NCBI GenBank assembly: GCA_963775425.1
Contig: CAVZJB010000009.1
Coordinates: 80,616-144,615, forward strand
Source of the DNA: an uncultured delta proteobacterium
GTDB lineage: Bacteria > Myxococcota > UBA727 > VGSZ01
Length of the DNA stretch: 64,000 nucleotides
Reading direction: 5' to 3'
Shown: one piece after another, positions 51,892 through 61,235 of the stretch
Position numbering within the stretch: position 1 is the stretch's first letter
Layout: each line of letters starts with the position of its first letter
Translations under genes and position numbers: made by a program
The notes under the pieces: model-generated
Told to the model about the DNA's origin: nothing
The model's input: the letters and a program-made list of their open reading frames with translations, nothing else
Databases searched by the model: none

Positions 51892-53535
51892 GCGCGGCAT
51901 CAGCTTGGTCCCGATCAGGTAGATGCCGCCGGCGATCAAGAAGCCCGTGAACCAGGCGTAGGGATAGATGGCGTCGAAGAAGCCGCCGGCGCCGTCGATG
52001 ACGTGCGCGCTGGCGAGAAAGCCCGGCACGTTCGGCGCAATGCCGGCGACGAGCGCCACCATCGCCACCGGGTTCACGCCGGAGTAGCGGCCGGTGCGCA
52101 TGCCCTCGCGGCCGACGCTGCCTTCGAGGATGAAGGCCAGGAAGCGGACGACCGGGATGCGGCTCAGCACCCGCACGACCGAGGCCAGCACCGGCGTGCT
52201 CCCGGGCCGGTAGAGGTCGCCGACGTCGAGCTCGCGCTTCCGCACAATCCAGTAGTCGGCGATCATGATGCCGGCGATGGGCCCGAGGAGCGCCGAGTAG
52301 CCCACGAGCCAGTTGAAGATGTACGTGTCCGCCGACGCCAGCAGCTTCCACGGCATGAGCAGGATGCCGAGCACGCCGGTGATGAGCCCGCCCATCTTGA
52401 ACGAGATGTGCTTCGGCGCGAGGTTGGCGAAGTCGTTGGCGGGGCTGACGACGTTGGCGGCGATGTTCACCGACACCGTGGCGATGCCGACGCCGACCAG
52501 CGACACCACCGCGACCAGCAGGCGCACCCCGTCGGACGCGATGAGCGGAGCCTCGAGGCCGGCGGGCGCCGTGCTCGACGTGATCTGCGAGAGCACGAAC
52601 ACCGGGTCCCACAGCTTGCCCGGGTCCACGCCGGTGAGGAGCGCCTGCGACGCGCTCGTCACGACGACGCCCATCGCCGAAAACGCGATCATCGTCGTCG
52701 GCAGGCCCAGCACCTGGCCGAGCATCTGTTCTTTCTGGCCTTTGCCGAAGCGCGTGAAGTCCGGGATGTTCAACGAGAGCGTGGCCCAAAAGCCAATCAT
52801 GCCCGTCAGCGACGGGATGAAGACCTTCCAGAACGCGCCGACGGTCTCGAACTTGGACGGCTGCGTCAGCATCGGCCCGAGGCCGCCCGCCTTGACGACG
52901 ACGAAGGCGAGCAGGCCGCCGGCCAGGACGAGGACGATGGGCGCCGCCCAGTTCTCGAAGACGCGCACCGCGTTCATGCCGCGGAAGATGATGAAGACGT
53001 TCAGGCCCCAAAACAGGAAGAACGTGATGGCCGACGGCAGCGTGAGGCCGGCGAACGACGCGCCGCCGCCGAGGTTGGCGTATCCGGGCCACAGGGCTTC
53101 CACGAAGGTCTTCACGGCTTCGCCGCCGATGAACGTCTGGATGCCGAACCAGCCGCACGCGACGATGGCGCGCAGGACGGCGGCGACGTTGGCACCGGCG
53201 GTGCCGAACGAGGCGCGCGCGAACACGGGGAACGGGATGCCGTAGCGGGTGCCCGCGTGCGCGTTCAGCAGGATGGGCACGAGCACGATGATGTTGCCGA
53301 GCCCGACCGTGAAGAGCGCCTGCCACCAGTTCATGCCCGCGGCGACCAGGCCGCCGGCGAGCATGTACGTGGGGATGCAGTGCGCCATGGAGATCCACAG
53401 GGCGGCGAAGTTGTACGTCGTCCACGTCCGGCGCGACGCGGGCACCGGCGCCAGGTCGGGGTTGAACAGCGGGCTGTCCTTGACGTCGGCGGGGAGACCT
53501 TCGAGCGCCTCCGCCACGAATGCGGGATCGTGCAT
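51871..53535 (-). CDS. NCS1 family nucleobase:cation symporter (hydantoin/allantoin/cytosine/uracil permease type)
   Basis: It has 12 TM helices and NCS1 signature blocks (…WQALFTVGLGNIIVLVPILLNAHAGTRYGIPFPVFARASFG…). Confidence 0.85.
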   Translation of the reverse strand: MHDPAFVAEALEGLPADVKDSPLFNPDLAPVPASRRTWTTYNFAALWISMAHCIPTYMLAGGLVAAGMNWWQALFTVGLGNIIVLVPILLNAHAGTRYGIPFPVFARASFGTAGANVAAVLRAIVACGWFGIQTFIGGEAVKTFVEALWPGYANLGGGASFAGLTLPSAITFFLFWGLNVFIIFRGMNAVRVFENWAAPIVLVLAGGLLAFVVVKAGGLGPMLTQPSKFETVGAFWKVFIPSLTGMIGFWATLSLNIPDFTRFGKGQKEQMLGQVLGLPTTMIAFSAMGVVVTSASQALLTGVDPGKLWDPVFVLSQITSSTAPAGLEAPLIASDGVRLLVAVVSLVGVGIATVSVNIAANVVSPANDFANLAPKHISFKMGGLITGVLGILLMPWKLLASADTYIFNWLVGYSALLGPIAGIMIADYWIVRKRELDVGDLYRPGSTPVLASVVRVLSRIPVVRFLAFILEGSVGREGMRTGRYSGVNPVAMVALVAGIAPNVPGFLASAHVIDGAGGFFDAIYPYAWFTGFLIAGGIYLIGTKLMPRASAPAA

Positions 53536-53941
53536 GGCGTCACTGGTAGCGGCGCCGACCTCGGTTGCAAACCGCCTCGCCGCCGGCCACAAGGAGGACG
53601 TGCTCGCCGCGCTCCTCATCACGGGCCTCGCCGTCGTCTCTCCCGGGCGCGCGACGCCCCGCGTCGAGCTCGCGCACGCAACCCGCCCGCTGCCGACGTC
53701 GGCGCAGGCCGGCCTCGAGCTCGCGGGCGCCGGCGCCGCGGTCTTGTGGATCCGCCACGTCGTCGTCGACGCGCGCACGCGCGGGCAGGAGGCGGAGGCC
53801 GTCGACCTCGTCACCGGTCCTTTGCCCTTCGGCGCCTTCCCGGCGGTCATCGTTCCGCTCGCGCGCGCGGCGCACCTGTTGCCGTCGGAGTAGCGGGGAC
53901 AGCCCGGTTGATTCTTCGCGGGGTCGACGTAGAACGCGACC

Positions 53942-55255
53942 ATGAAGACCGGCTCGAACCTCTCCGCCGCCGACATCGCGCACAACTTCGCCGAGATCGC
54001 GCCCGCGCTGAACAAGGCGGAGGCGTTCGCGGAGAGCAACCGCTGCCTCATGTGCTACGACGCGCCTTGCACCATCGCGTGCCCGACGCACATCGACGTG
54101 CCCGCGTTCATCAAGAAGATCCACAACGACAACCTCAAGGGCGCGGCCCGCGTCATCCTCGACGCCAACCCCATGGGGCACTCCTGCGCGCGCGCGTGCC
54201 CGGTGGAGGCGCTGTGCGAGGGCAGCTGCGTGATGAACCACCAGCAGATGAAGCCCATCGAGATCGCGCGGCTGCAGCGCTATGCCACGGACGCCGCGCT
54301 CGAAAACGACTGGAAGCTCTTCGAGCCCGGCCCCGCCACGGGCAAGAGCATCGGCATCGTCGGCGCCGGCCCCGCCGGGCTGTCGTGCGCGCAGGACCTG
54401 CGCCGCGCCGGCCACGCCGTCGTCGTGTACGACGCCAAGCAGAAGCCCGGCGGCCTCAACACCTACGGCATCGCGCAGTACAAGCTCACGCCGGAGACGG
54501 CGCTGGCCGAGGCCAAGATGGTCGAGGCGCTCGGCGTCGAGATCAAGACGGGCGTCGTCGTCGGCAAGGACGTCTCGTGGGACGACCTGTTGAAGAAGCA
54601 CGACGCGGTGTTCCTCGGCATGGGCCTCGGCGCCACGCAGAACCTGGGCATCCCCGGCGAGGACCTCACGGGCGTCGTCGACGCGCTCACCTTCATCGAG
54701 CACTTGAAGGAGAAGCCCTACGGGGCGTTCAAGGTGCAGGCGCGCGTGCTCGTCATCGGCGCGGGCAACACGGCGGTCGACGCCGCCACGCAGGCGCGCC
54801 GGCTCGGCGCGGAGCACGTGAGCTTCGTGTACCGGCGCGACGAGGCGGCGGCGCCCGCCTACGAGTACGAGCTCGACATCGCCAGGAAAGACGGCTGCGA
54901 GTTCATCTGGCGCACGGTGCCCGTGGCCGTCGAGGGCCAAAACGGCCGGGTCACCGGCCTTCGCTGCGTGCGCGTGAACGACAAGCTCGAGCCGCAAGAC
55001 GGCTCGGAGCACGTCATCCCGTGCGACCTCGTCATCAAGGCGCTCGGGCAGCAGAAGCGCAAGGCGATGCTCGGGCAGGTCCCCGGCCTGGTGCTCGACG
55101 GCGCCGGCCGCGTCGTCGTGCAGGCCAACGGGCAGACCACCAACGAGAAGGTCTTCGCCGGCGGCGACTGCATCAACGGCGGCAAGGAGATCGTGAACGC
55201 CGCCGCCGACGGCAAGCGCGCCGCCCACGCCATCGACGTGTTCCTGCGCGTGTGA
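53942..55255 (+). CDS. preT: NAD-dependent dihydropyrimidine dehydrogenase subunit PreT (glutamate synthase small-subunit-like)
   Basis: The N-terminal Fe-S Cys cluster (CLMCYDAPC…CP) is followed by two FAD/NAD Rossmann motifs (GIVGAGPAGLS, VLVIGAGNTAVD). Confidence 0.85.
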   Translation: MKTGSNLSAADIAHNFAEIAPALNKAEAFAESNRCLMCYDAPCTIACPTHIDVPAFIKKIHNDNLKGAARVILDANPMGHSCARACPVEALCEGSCVMNHQQMKPIEIARLQRYATDAALENDWKLFEPGPATGKSIGIVGAGPAGLSCAQDLRRAGHAVVVYDAKQKPGGLNTYGIAQYKLTPETALAEAKMVEALGVEIKTGVVVGKDVSWDDLLKKHDAVFLGMGLGATQNLGIPGEDLTGVVDALTFIEHLKEKPYGAFKVQARVLVIGAGNTAVDAATQARRLGAEHVSFVYRRDEAAAPAYEYELDIARKDGCEFIWRTVPVAVEGQNGRVTGLRCVRVNDKLEPQDGSEHVIPCDLVIKALGQQKRKAMLGQVPGLVLDGAGRVVVQANGQTTNEKVFAGGDCINGGKEIVNAAADGKRAAHAIDVFLRV

Positions 55256-55308
55256 GCTCGGCGCTTTTGACGGGTTGCACGGCGATGCGGCTTCGATAGC
55301 GTCGGGCC

Positions 55309-56625
55309 ATGGTCGACCTCACCGCCAACCTCGCCGGCATCGTGTCCCCGAACCCCTTCTGGCTTGCGTCGGCGCCGCCCACCAACACCTACGGGCAGGT
55401 CGCGCGCGCGTTCGACAACGGCTGGGGCGGCGCGGTGTGGAAGACCATCGGCCAGCCCATCATCAACGTCTACTCACGCTACGGCGGGCTCGACTCGGGC
55501 ACGCAGAAGCTCATCGGCCTCAACAACATCGAGCTCATCACGGACCGTCCCATCGAGGACAACATCAAGGAGATGAAGCTCGTCAAGAAGCGCTACCCCA
55601 AGCACGCGCTCATCGCGTCGCTCATGGTGGAGTCAAACCGCGAAGCGTGGCACGAGATCGTGAAGCGCACGCAGGGTGAGACCGGCTGCGACGGCTTCGA
55701 GCTCAACTTCGGCTGCCCGCACGGCATGAGCGAGCGCGGCATGGGCGCCGCCGTGGGTCAGGTGCCCGAGTACTGCCAGCAGATCGTGGAGTGGGTGAAG
55801 GAGGTCTCCTCCATCCCCGTCATCACCAAGCTCACGCCCAACGTCGCCGACGTCACCTATCCGGCCCGGGCCGCAAAGGCAGCCAAGACCGACGCCGTCA
55901 GCCTCATCAACACCGTCAACTCCATCATCAGCGTCGATCTCGACCTCATGGCGCCCAGGCCGAGCGTCGCGGGCAAGGGATCGCACGGGGGCTACTGCGG
56001 CCCGGCGGTGAAGCCCATCGCGCTCAACATGATCTCGTCCATCGCCGCGGACCCGGAGCTCGCCGGGCTCCCCGTCTCCGGCATCGGCGGCGTGTCCACG
56101 TGGAAGGACGCGGCGGAGTTCATCGCGCTCGGCTGCACCAACGTGCAGGTGTGCACGGCGGTCATGCACTACGGCTTCCGCATCGTCGAGGACATGATCG
56201 ACGGCCTCTCGTCGTGGATGGAGTCCAAGGGCTACTCGAAGCTCGCGGACTTCCAGGGCAAGGCCGTGTCCACCGTGCAGAAGTGGGAGAACCTCGACCT
56301 CAACTACTTCACCCGCGCGCACATCGACGAGGACAAGTGCATCGGCTGCGAGCTCTGCTACATCGCCTGCGAAGACGGCGCGCACCAGGCGCTGCGCCTC
56401 GTCACGCGCACGACGCCTGCCGGCGAGGCCCTGCGGCGCGTCGAGGTCAAAGAGGACATGTGCGTCGGCTGCAACCTGTGCTCGCTCGTGTGCCCCGTGC
56501 CGGACTGCATCAGCATGAAGCAAATCCCGAGCGGCGGCGCGCCCACCACCTGGAAGCAGTTCGCCGGGGGGCAGGGAAAGCTCGCCGAGCGCCCGCAGCA
56601 CTACACGGACGTCGACGAGGCGTAG
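55309..56625 (+). CDS. preA: Dihydropyrimidine dehydrogenase subunit PreA (DHODH-like TIM barrel plus 2×[4Fe-4S])
   Basis: It has the DHPD/DHOD fold (…GFELNFGCPHGM…) plus C-terminal ferredoxin motifs (CIGCELCYIAC, CVGCNLCSLVCP). Confidence 0.9.
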   Translation: MVDLTANLAGIVSPNPFWLASAPPTNTYGQVARAFDNGWGGAVWKTIGQPIINVYSRYGGLDSGTQKLIGLNNIELITDRPIEDNIKEMKLVKKRYPKHALIASLMVESNREAWHEIVKRTQGETGCDGFELNFGCPHGMSERGMGAAVGQVPEYCQQIVEWVKEVSSIPVITKLTPNVADVTYPARAAKAAKTDAVSLINTVNSIISVDLDLMAPRPSVAGKGSHGGYCGPAVKPIALNMISSIAADPELAGLPVSGIGGVSTWKDAAEFIALGCTNVQVCTAVMHYGFRIVEDMIDGLSSWMESKGYSKLADFQGKAVSTVQKWENLDLNYFTRAHIDEDKCIGCELCYIACEDGAHQALRLVTRTTPAGEALRRVEVKEDMCVGCNLCSLVCPVPDCISMKQIPSGGAPTTWKQFAGGQGKLAERPQHYTDVDEA

Positions 56626-56628
56626 CCC

Positions 56629-56853
56629 CTACGGCTCGGGGTCGCCCTCGGCGGAGTTGACGACCTCGTCGAAGAAGCCGGCGAACGCGGGGCGCTCGTC
56701 CTGCCGCACGACGCCTGCGCGCTTGAGCCACTGGATGGCCTCGAGCAGCTCGCCGTCCTGCTCGGTGTCAGGCTGGGTGTCAGGGCGAACGTCGTCGTCG
56801 TCCTCTGCGGGCAGGGGCGGCGGATGGGGCTTGTGCACGCTCATCGTGGTCAT
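56629..56853 (-). CDS. Small acidic hypothetical protein of 75 aa
   Basis: A GAGGGAA RBS precedes an ATG start. GC3 is high. The sequence is MTTMSVHKPHPPPLPAEDDDD…. Confidence 0.4.
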   Translation of the reverse strand: MTTMSVHKPHPPPLPAEDDDDVRPDTQPDTEQDGELLEAIQWLKRAGVVRQDERPAFAGFFDEVVNSAEGDPEP

Positions 56854-57088
56854 CGCTGTTCCCTCGAACGGACACTGAACCCGGTAGAAGCGAGAAACAT
56901 GCCCGACGCTCAACCCGAGAGCGACGACGCGTGTCACGCCGGATCCGCGCGGGGCGTGCGCGCGACACAGGCCGAAGGACGCGGCGATCGTGCGCGAAGC
57001 GATCGTTCGAATCGAGGCAACGGCTGTGTCGCCGTGCCCGCGGCCCGCGAATTTCTGCGTGTACGTGTGAGTGGCAGCTCGCGGGCCG

Positions 57089-57952
57089 TCAGGCGCGCGT
57101 GGCGAGGAGGGCGCGGATGGCGCCGGCGACGTCGGCGGGGCGCTCGACATGGAGGTGGTGCGCCCCCTTGAGGGTCTGCAGGCGCGCCTGCTTCATGGCC
57201 GCGAGGCGCGCGTCGGTGGTCTCGCCCTCGGGGACGTAGCCGTCGCTCGCCCGCAGCACGAGGACGGGCATCCTCATGCGCGCGGCGGTGGCGAGCCACA
57301 TGGACTCCGGCCAGCGCACGGGGGTGGGCCCGCGCAGCCGCGGGTCGAACGGGAAGGCGAGGCGGCCGTCGCCGGCGTCGACGAGCACGTGCCGCACCAT
57401 GCGCAGCGCGCCCTCCCTGGACAGCCCCGGGTTCTGCTGGCGGACCTTGTCGGCCGCGTCGTCGACGCTGGCGACGGTGGAGAAGGGGCGCTTGTCCGCG
57501 AGCACGCTCTTCACCACCTCGGCGAGGCGCTCGGGGGCCTCCGCCGGGTCTTCGGGCGGCCCGCCCACCGAGTCGATGAGCAGCAGCCGCGGCACCATCG
57601 CCGGGACCGCGCCCGCGAGCAGGGTCGCGACGTTGCCCCCCATCGAGTGCGCGACGAGGACGTCGACGGCTTCGCCGCTCTTCTTCAGCGTGTCGATGAC
57701 GACGGCGACGTCCTTCAGGTGATCGAGCAGGTGATAGCTGCCGCCGGCGCCGACGCGCTCGCTCTGCCCGTGGCCGCGGAGGTCGAGCGCGAGGCAGCGC
57801 ACGCCGTCGAGGGCGTCCGCGACCGCGTCGAAGGAGCGACCGGTGTCCAGGTAGCCGTGCACGAAGAGCGCGACCGGTCCTGCGCCGGCGTGATCCCACA
57901 AGCGCAGCTTGAGGCCGTTGGCTTTGACGACGCGAGCGACCGGTGACGCCAC
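57089..57952 (-). CDS. Alpha/beta-hydrolase fold protein
   Basis: HGYLDTGRSF has the oxyanion HG. The nucleophile elbow is GHSMGG (VLVAHSMGGNVA). The C-terminal His lies in GAHHLHVERP. Confidence 0.75.
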   Translation of the reverse strand: MASPVARVVKANGLKLRLWDHAGAGPVALFVHGYLDTGRSFDAVADALDGVRCLALDLRGHGQSERVGAGGSYHLLDHLKDVAVVIDTLKKSGEAVDVLVAHSMGGNVATLLAGAVPAMVPRLLLIDSVGGPPEDPAEAPERLAEVVKSVLADKRPFSTVASVDDAADKVRQQNPGLSREGALRMVRHVLVDAGDGRLAFPFDPRLRGPTPVRWPESMWLATAARMRMPVLVLRASDGYVPEGETTDARLAAMKQARLQTLKGAHHLHVERPADVAGAIRALLATRA

Positions 57953-57966
57953 CGCGCGGGTCTAGC

Positions 57967-59928
57967 ATGACGCCGGTGGGCCGGCGGGCCTCCGTCGCCG
58001 ATTCCGCCCGCGTCGCCGCCCGGCTACGCTCGGGCGTGACCGACGACATCCTGCAGCGTCTCCTCTCCGACCCAGACGTCATTGCCGACCCCGTCGCCGT
58101 GGAGCTCGCACACGTCGTCAGCGCGCCCACGGGCCTGTCGTCCGCGGGCTTTCCGTACCTGAGCGACGACGCCTTCGCGCGCTTTCGCGACCGCGTGCCG
58201 CACATCCTCGCCATGGGCCCGCGCGCGCTCGCCGCGCTCGACGTCGTCACCGCCGCCGCGCGCCGCGCCGGCGCCGACGTCGCCGCCGCCGCCAGGGTGG
58301 TGCGCGGCTGCGTCCTCACCGCCGCCGTCACCGCGCCGCCCGACCTGTGGCTCGTTCGTCACGTCGCCGGGTGCCTCGCGCGCACGGGCGTGGTGCAACG
58401 CCTCCTCGCCGGCGAGACCGTCGACGCGAGCGCATGCGACGTCGTCGTCGCCGGCGGCACGCACCGCGCCGATGCGCGCGAGCTCGAGGCCGACCTCACG
58501 CTCCTCGTGTCACGCGGCCTGGTCCAGGTCGCGCCGTCCGTCGACGGTGAGCGCCGCGCGCGCTTCGTGGCCCCGCGTCACCCGCGTGCGCGAGAGACGC
58601 TCGCCGCGCTTTCGCCGCTGCCGCCGTCGTGGCCGGCCGACGTCTCTCGCCTGTGGTGGCTCGCGTTCGCGGACGCAGCCGAGCGAAGCGCCGGTGGCCG
58701 CTCGACGATGTCGGGGCTCGCCGTGCGCCCCCTCGACGACGACGAGCGCGCGGTGCTCGTCGAGCTCGGCGCGAGCGCGCGCACCCGCACCGACGCCGCG
58801 CAGGACACGTGGATCCCCACGGCCGTCGAGGTCGAGGTCGGCTTTCGCCTCGTCCCCGTCGTGCTTGGCCTGCGCGCCGCCGGGATGCACGCGCGGCTCG
58901 CCGAGGGCGCCGCCCTCGACGCCGCCGCGCTGTGCCCGGGCGAGCCCGCGGTGGGCGCCGCGGCGCTGGCGATCCTCGAGGCGGCCGGCGTCGTCATGAA
59001 GGCCGGCGGGGACGGCGGCGGCGGTCCGCGGTTCCTGCCCACGGCCACGGGCAAGCGCGTCGGCGACAAGGGCGCCGGGCCCATGGGCATCATCGAGGCG
59101 TACCACCCGTACATGGCCCACCTCGACGACATCCTCGTGCACGGCCGCGGCGGCGCCGCGTGGGTCACGCGCGGCGCGAACATCGCCGCCAGCCAGGACG
59201 CCAACCGCGACACCTTCCAAAGGGCGAACGACGCCCTCGACGCGTACTGCGCGGACACCGGCTTTTCGTACGAGGTGTACATCGAGCACGCCATCGGCCG
59301 CGGTGAGGCCACGCGGCAGCGCTTCGAGAAGGACGGCGAGCGCGTGCGTTACTTCGGCGCCGACCTCGAGGACGCCGCCATCGACGCGTGCCTCGAGGAG
59401 CAGGCGCGCGGGGTGCTGCCCAGGAACATGGTGTTCGTGCGCCACGCCGACATCGGCGACCCGCAGCCGCTCGTCGACGCCGTCCGCAAGGCCGGCTGCT
59501 CCACGGAGGGCGCGGTGATGATCGTCGGCAACGGCTTTCACGAGGTGCGGGGCAAGGACGACGACGGCATGGTCGGCGTCTTCCGCGCCTACTGCGACGC
59601 CGGCATCGTGTTGCTCTTCACCGAGGAGAACGCGCTGCGCGTCGACGACCTCCTGGCCACGGCGTGGAACACCTACCACGCGGGCTTCCGTTACGTGCAC
59701 GACAAGTCCGGGCAGGGGCTCCGGCCCGCCGAGCCCGCGCTCCCGTCGACGGTGGGCCGCTCGCTGCACAGCTCGTGGCGCGAGTGCGCCGAGCGCGCGG
59801 GCTACGTGCGCATGGACAAGTACTCGTCCAAGTCGCGCACGGTCTACCCGCTGGCGAGGAAGGGACGCGCCAACCCCACCATCAGCGCGAGCCACTTCTG
59901 CGTTCCGGCGCGGCTCGTCCGGGCATAG
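57967..59928 (+). CDS. Hypothetical protein of about 650 aa. An alternative start is at 57943.
   Basis: It is a long ORF with high GC3. I recognise no domain. Confidence 0.45.
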   Translation: MTPVGRRASVADSARVAARLRSGVTDDILQRLLSDPDVIADPVAVELAHVVSAPTGLSSAGFPYLSDDAFARFRDRVPHILAMGPRALAALDVVTAAARRAGADVAAAARVVRGCVLTAAVTAPPDLWLVRHVAGCLARTGVVQRLLAGETVDASACDVVVAGGTHRADARELEADLTLLVSRGLVQVAPSVDGERRARFVAPRHPRARETLAALSPLPPSWPADVSRLWWLAFADAAERSAGGRSTMSGLAVRPLDDDERAVLVELGASARTRTDAAQDTWIPTAVEVEVGFRLVPVVLGLRAAGMHARLAEGAALDAAALCPGEPAVGAAALAILEAAGVVMKAGGDGGGGPRFLPTATGKRVGDKGAGPMGIIEAYHPYMAHLDDILVHGRGGAAWVTRGANIAASQDANRDTFQRANDALDAYCADTGFSYEVYIEHAIGRGEATRQRFEKDGERVRYFGADLEDAAIDACLEEQARGVLPRNMVFVRHADIGDPQPLVDAVRKAGCSTEGAVMIVGNGFHEVRGKDDDGMVGVFRAYCDAGIVLLFTEENALRVDDLLATAWNTYHAGFRYVHDKSGQGLRPAEPALPSTVGRSLHSSWRECAERAGYVRMDKYSSKSRTVYPLARKGRANPTISASHFCVPARLVRA

Positions 59929-59955
59929 CGCGGGCGCCGCCGGGCCGGGCTGCGT

Positions 59956-61170
59956 TCAGGCGCGCCACACGGGGTGGCGGCGGAAGCCGGCGGCCATGAC
60001 GACGACGCCGAGCGCGGAGACGGCGCCGACGAGGAGGAAGTGCGGGCCGTAGCCGAAGGCCTGGGCGGAGACGCCGGAGAGCCAACTGCCGACGAGCTGT
60101 ACGAGCACGACGGCGCAGGCCTGCACGGTGTAGTCGGTGCCGCCGGTCTTCGGGTCGCACACGTCCATCATCGCCGTGAACAGCGCGACCGTGGCGACGC
60201 CGCCGGTGAAGTGCTCGATGACGACGAGCGTGGCCACGACGCCGGGGCCGGTGGCGGCGAACGCCGGCCACGCGTAGCCGGCGAGGAGGAGCGTGTGCAC
60301 GGCGCCGCCGGCGACGAGGGCGAAGAGCCGGCCGCGCTTGGCGAGCGCGCCGCCGGTCATGGCGCCGAGCAGGCCGGCCCCCGAGCCCCACAGCGCGAAC
60401 AGCGAGCCGATCTGGGAGAGCGAGTACCCCTTGTCGACGAGCATGGTCTTGGCCATCGGCCCGGGCAGCGCGTCGCCGAGCTTGTAGACGGCGACGAGCG
60501 CGAGCCACACGAGCACGTCCTTGCGCTTGAGGAACGCCACCGCGGCGGTCCACGTCACCGGCCCCCCTTCCTGTGTCGCGCCGACGAGCGGGCGCTCGCG
60601 GAACCACAACACCGGCAGCGTGGCGGCGGCGAGGACGGCAGCCATGGCGACGAAGGTCGCGTGCCAACCGAGCCGATCGAAGACCCACACGAGGACGGCG
60701 CCGCCGATGATCATGCCGACGCGGTACGCGGCGACCTGCACGCCGTTTCCGTGGCCGCGCTCGGCGGGCGTGAGGAGGTCCACGGCGAGGCCGTCGGTGG
60801 CGATGTCCTGTGTGGCCGCCAGCGCGTTCATCACCAGGAGGCCCACGGCCATGACGCCGACGAGCGAGGAGCCGCCGAACGCGCCTTGCGCGCCGGCGAG
60901 CGCGAGGGCCATCGCCACCGTCAGCGCCTGCAGCGGGACGATCCAGCCCCGGCGCCGGCCGAGCGGTGAGCCAGTGAAGCGGTCCACCACGGGCGCCCAC
61001 AGGAACTTCAGCGCCCACGGCGCCGCCAACACCGCGCTCGCCCCGATGAGCGCCAGGGAGATCTTTTCCTTGCGCATCACCACCGGCAACGCCGTCGTGA
61101 AGAAGCCGTAGGGGAGCCCCTGTGAGAGATACAGGGAGGTCAAGAGCCCCAGCTTCGCGGGCGTGCGCAC
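59956..61170 (-). CDS. MFS transporter, AmpG-like (PAT family)
   Basis: It has 12 TMs. The N-terminal LYLSQGLPYGFFTTALPVVMR…LKFLWAPVVDR matches the AmpG family motif. Confidence 0.65.
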   Translation of the reverse strand: MRTPAKLGLLTSLYLSQGLPYGFFTTALPVVMRKEKISLALIGASAVLAAPWALKFLWAPVVDRFTGSPLGRRRGWIVPLQALTVAMALALAGAQGAFGGSSLVGVMAVGLLVMNALAATQDIATDGLAVDLLTPAERGHGNGVQVAAYRVGMIIGGAVLVWVFDRLGWHATFVAMAAVLAAATLPVLWFRERPLVGATQEGGPVTWTAAVAFLKRKDVLVWLALVAVYKLGDALPGPMAKTMLVDKGYSLSQIGSLFALWGSGAGLLGAMTGGALAKRGRLFALVAGGAVHTLLLAGYAWPAFAATGPGVVATLVVIEHFTGGVATVALFTAMMDVCDPKTGGTDYTVQACAVVLVQLVGSWLSGVSAQAFGYGPHFLLVGAVSALGVVVMAAGFRRHPVWRA

Positions 61171-61235
61171 CCGCGCAATCTAGCCGGCGGCGGGGGCCTT
61201 TCAACCGCCCGCCGCGTTCGCTATCTCGTCGAGCC

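Noticed and set aside
57071-59895. Several 280–460-aa ORFs in the alternative frames of 57089..59928
   Set aside because: They are antisense or off-frame to the alpha/beta hydrolase and the 57967..59928 gene. Their composition is dominated by Arg/Gly/Ala/Asp.
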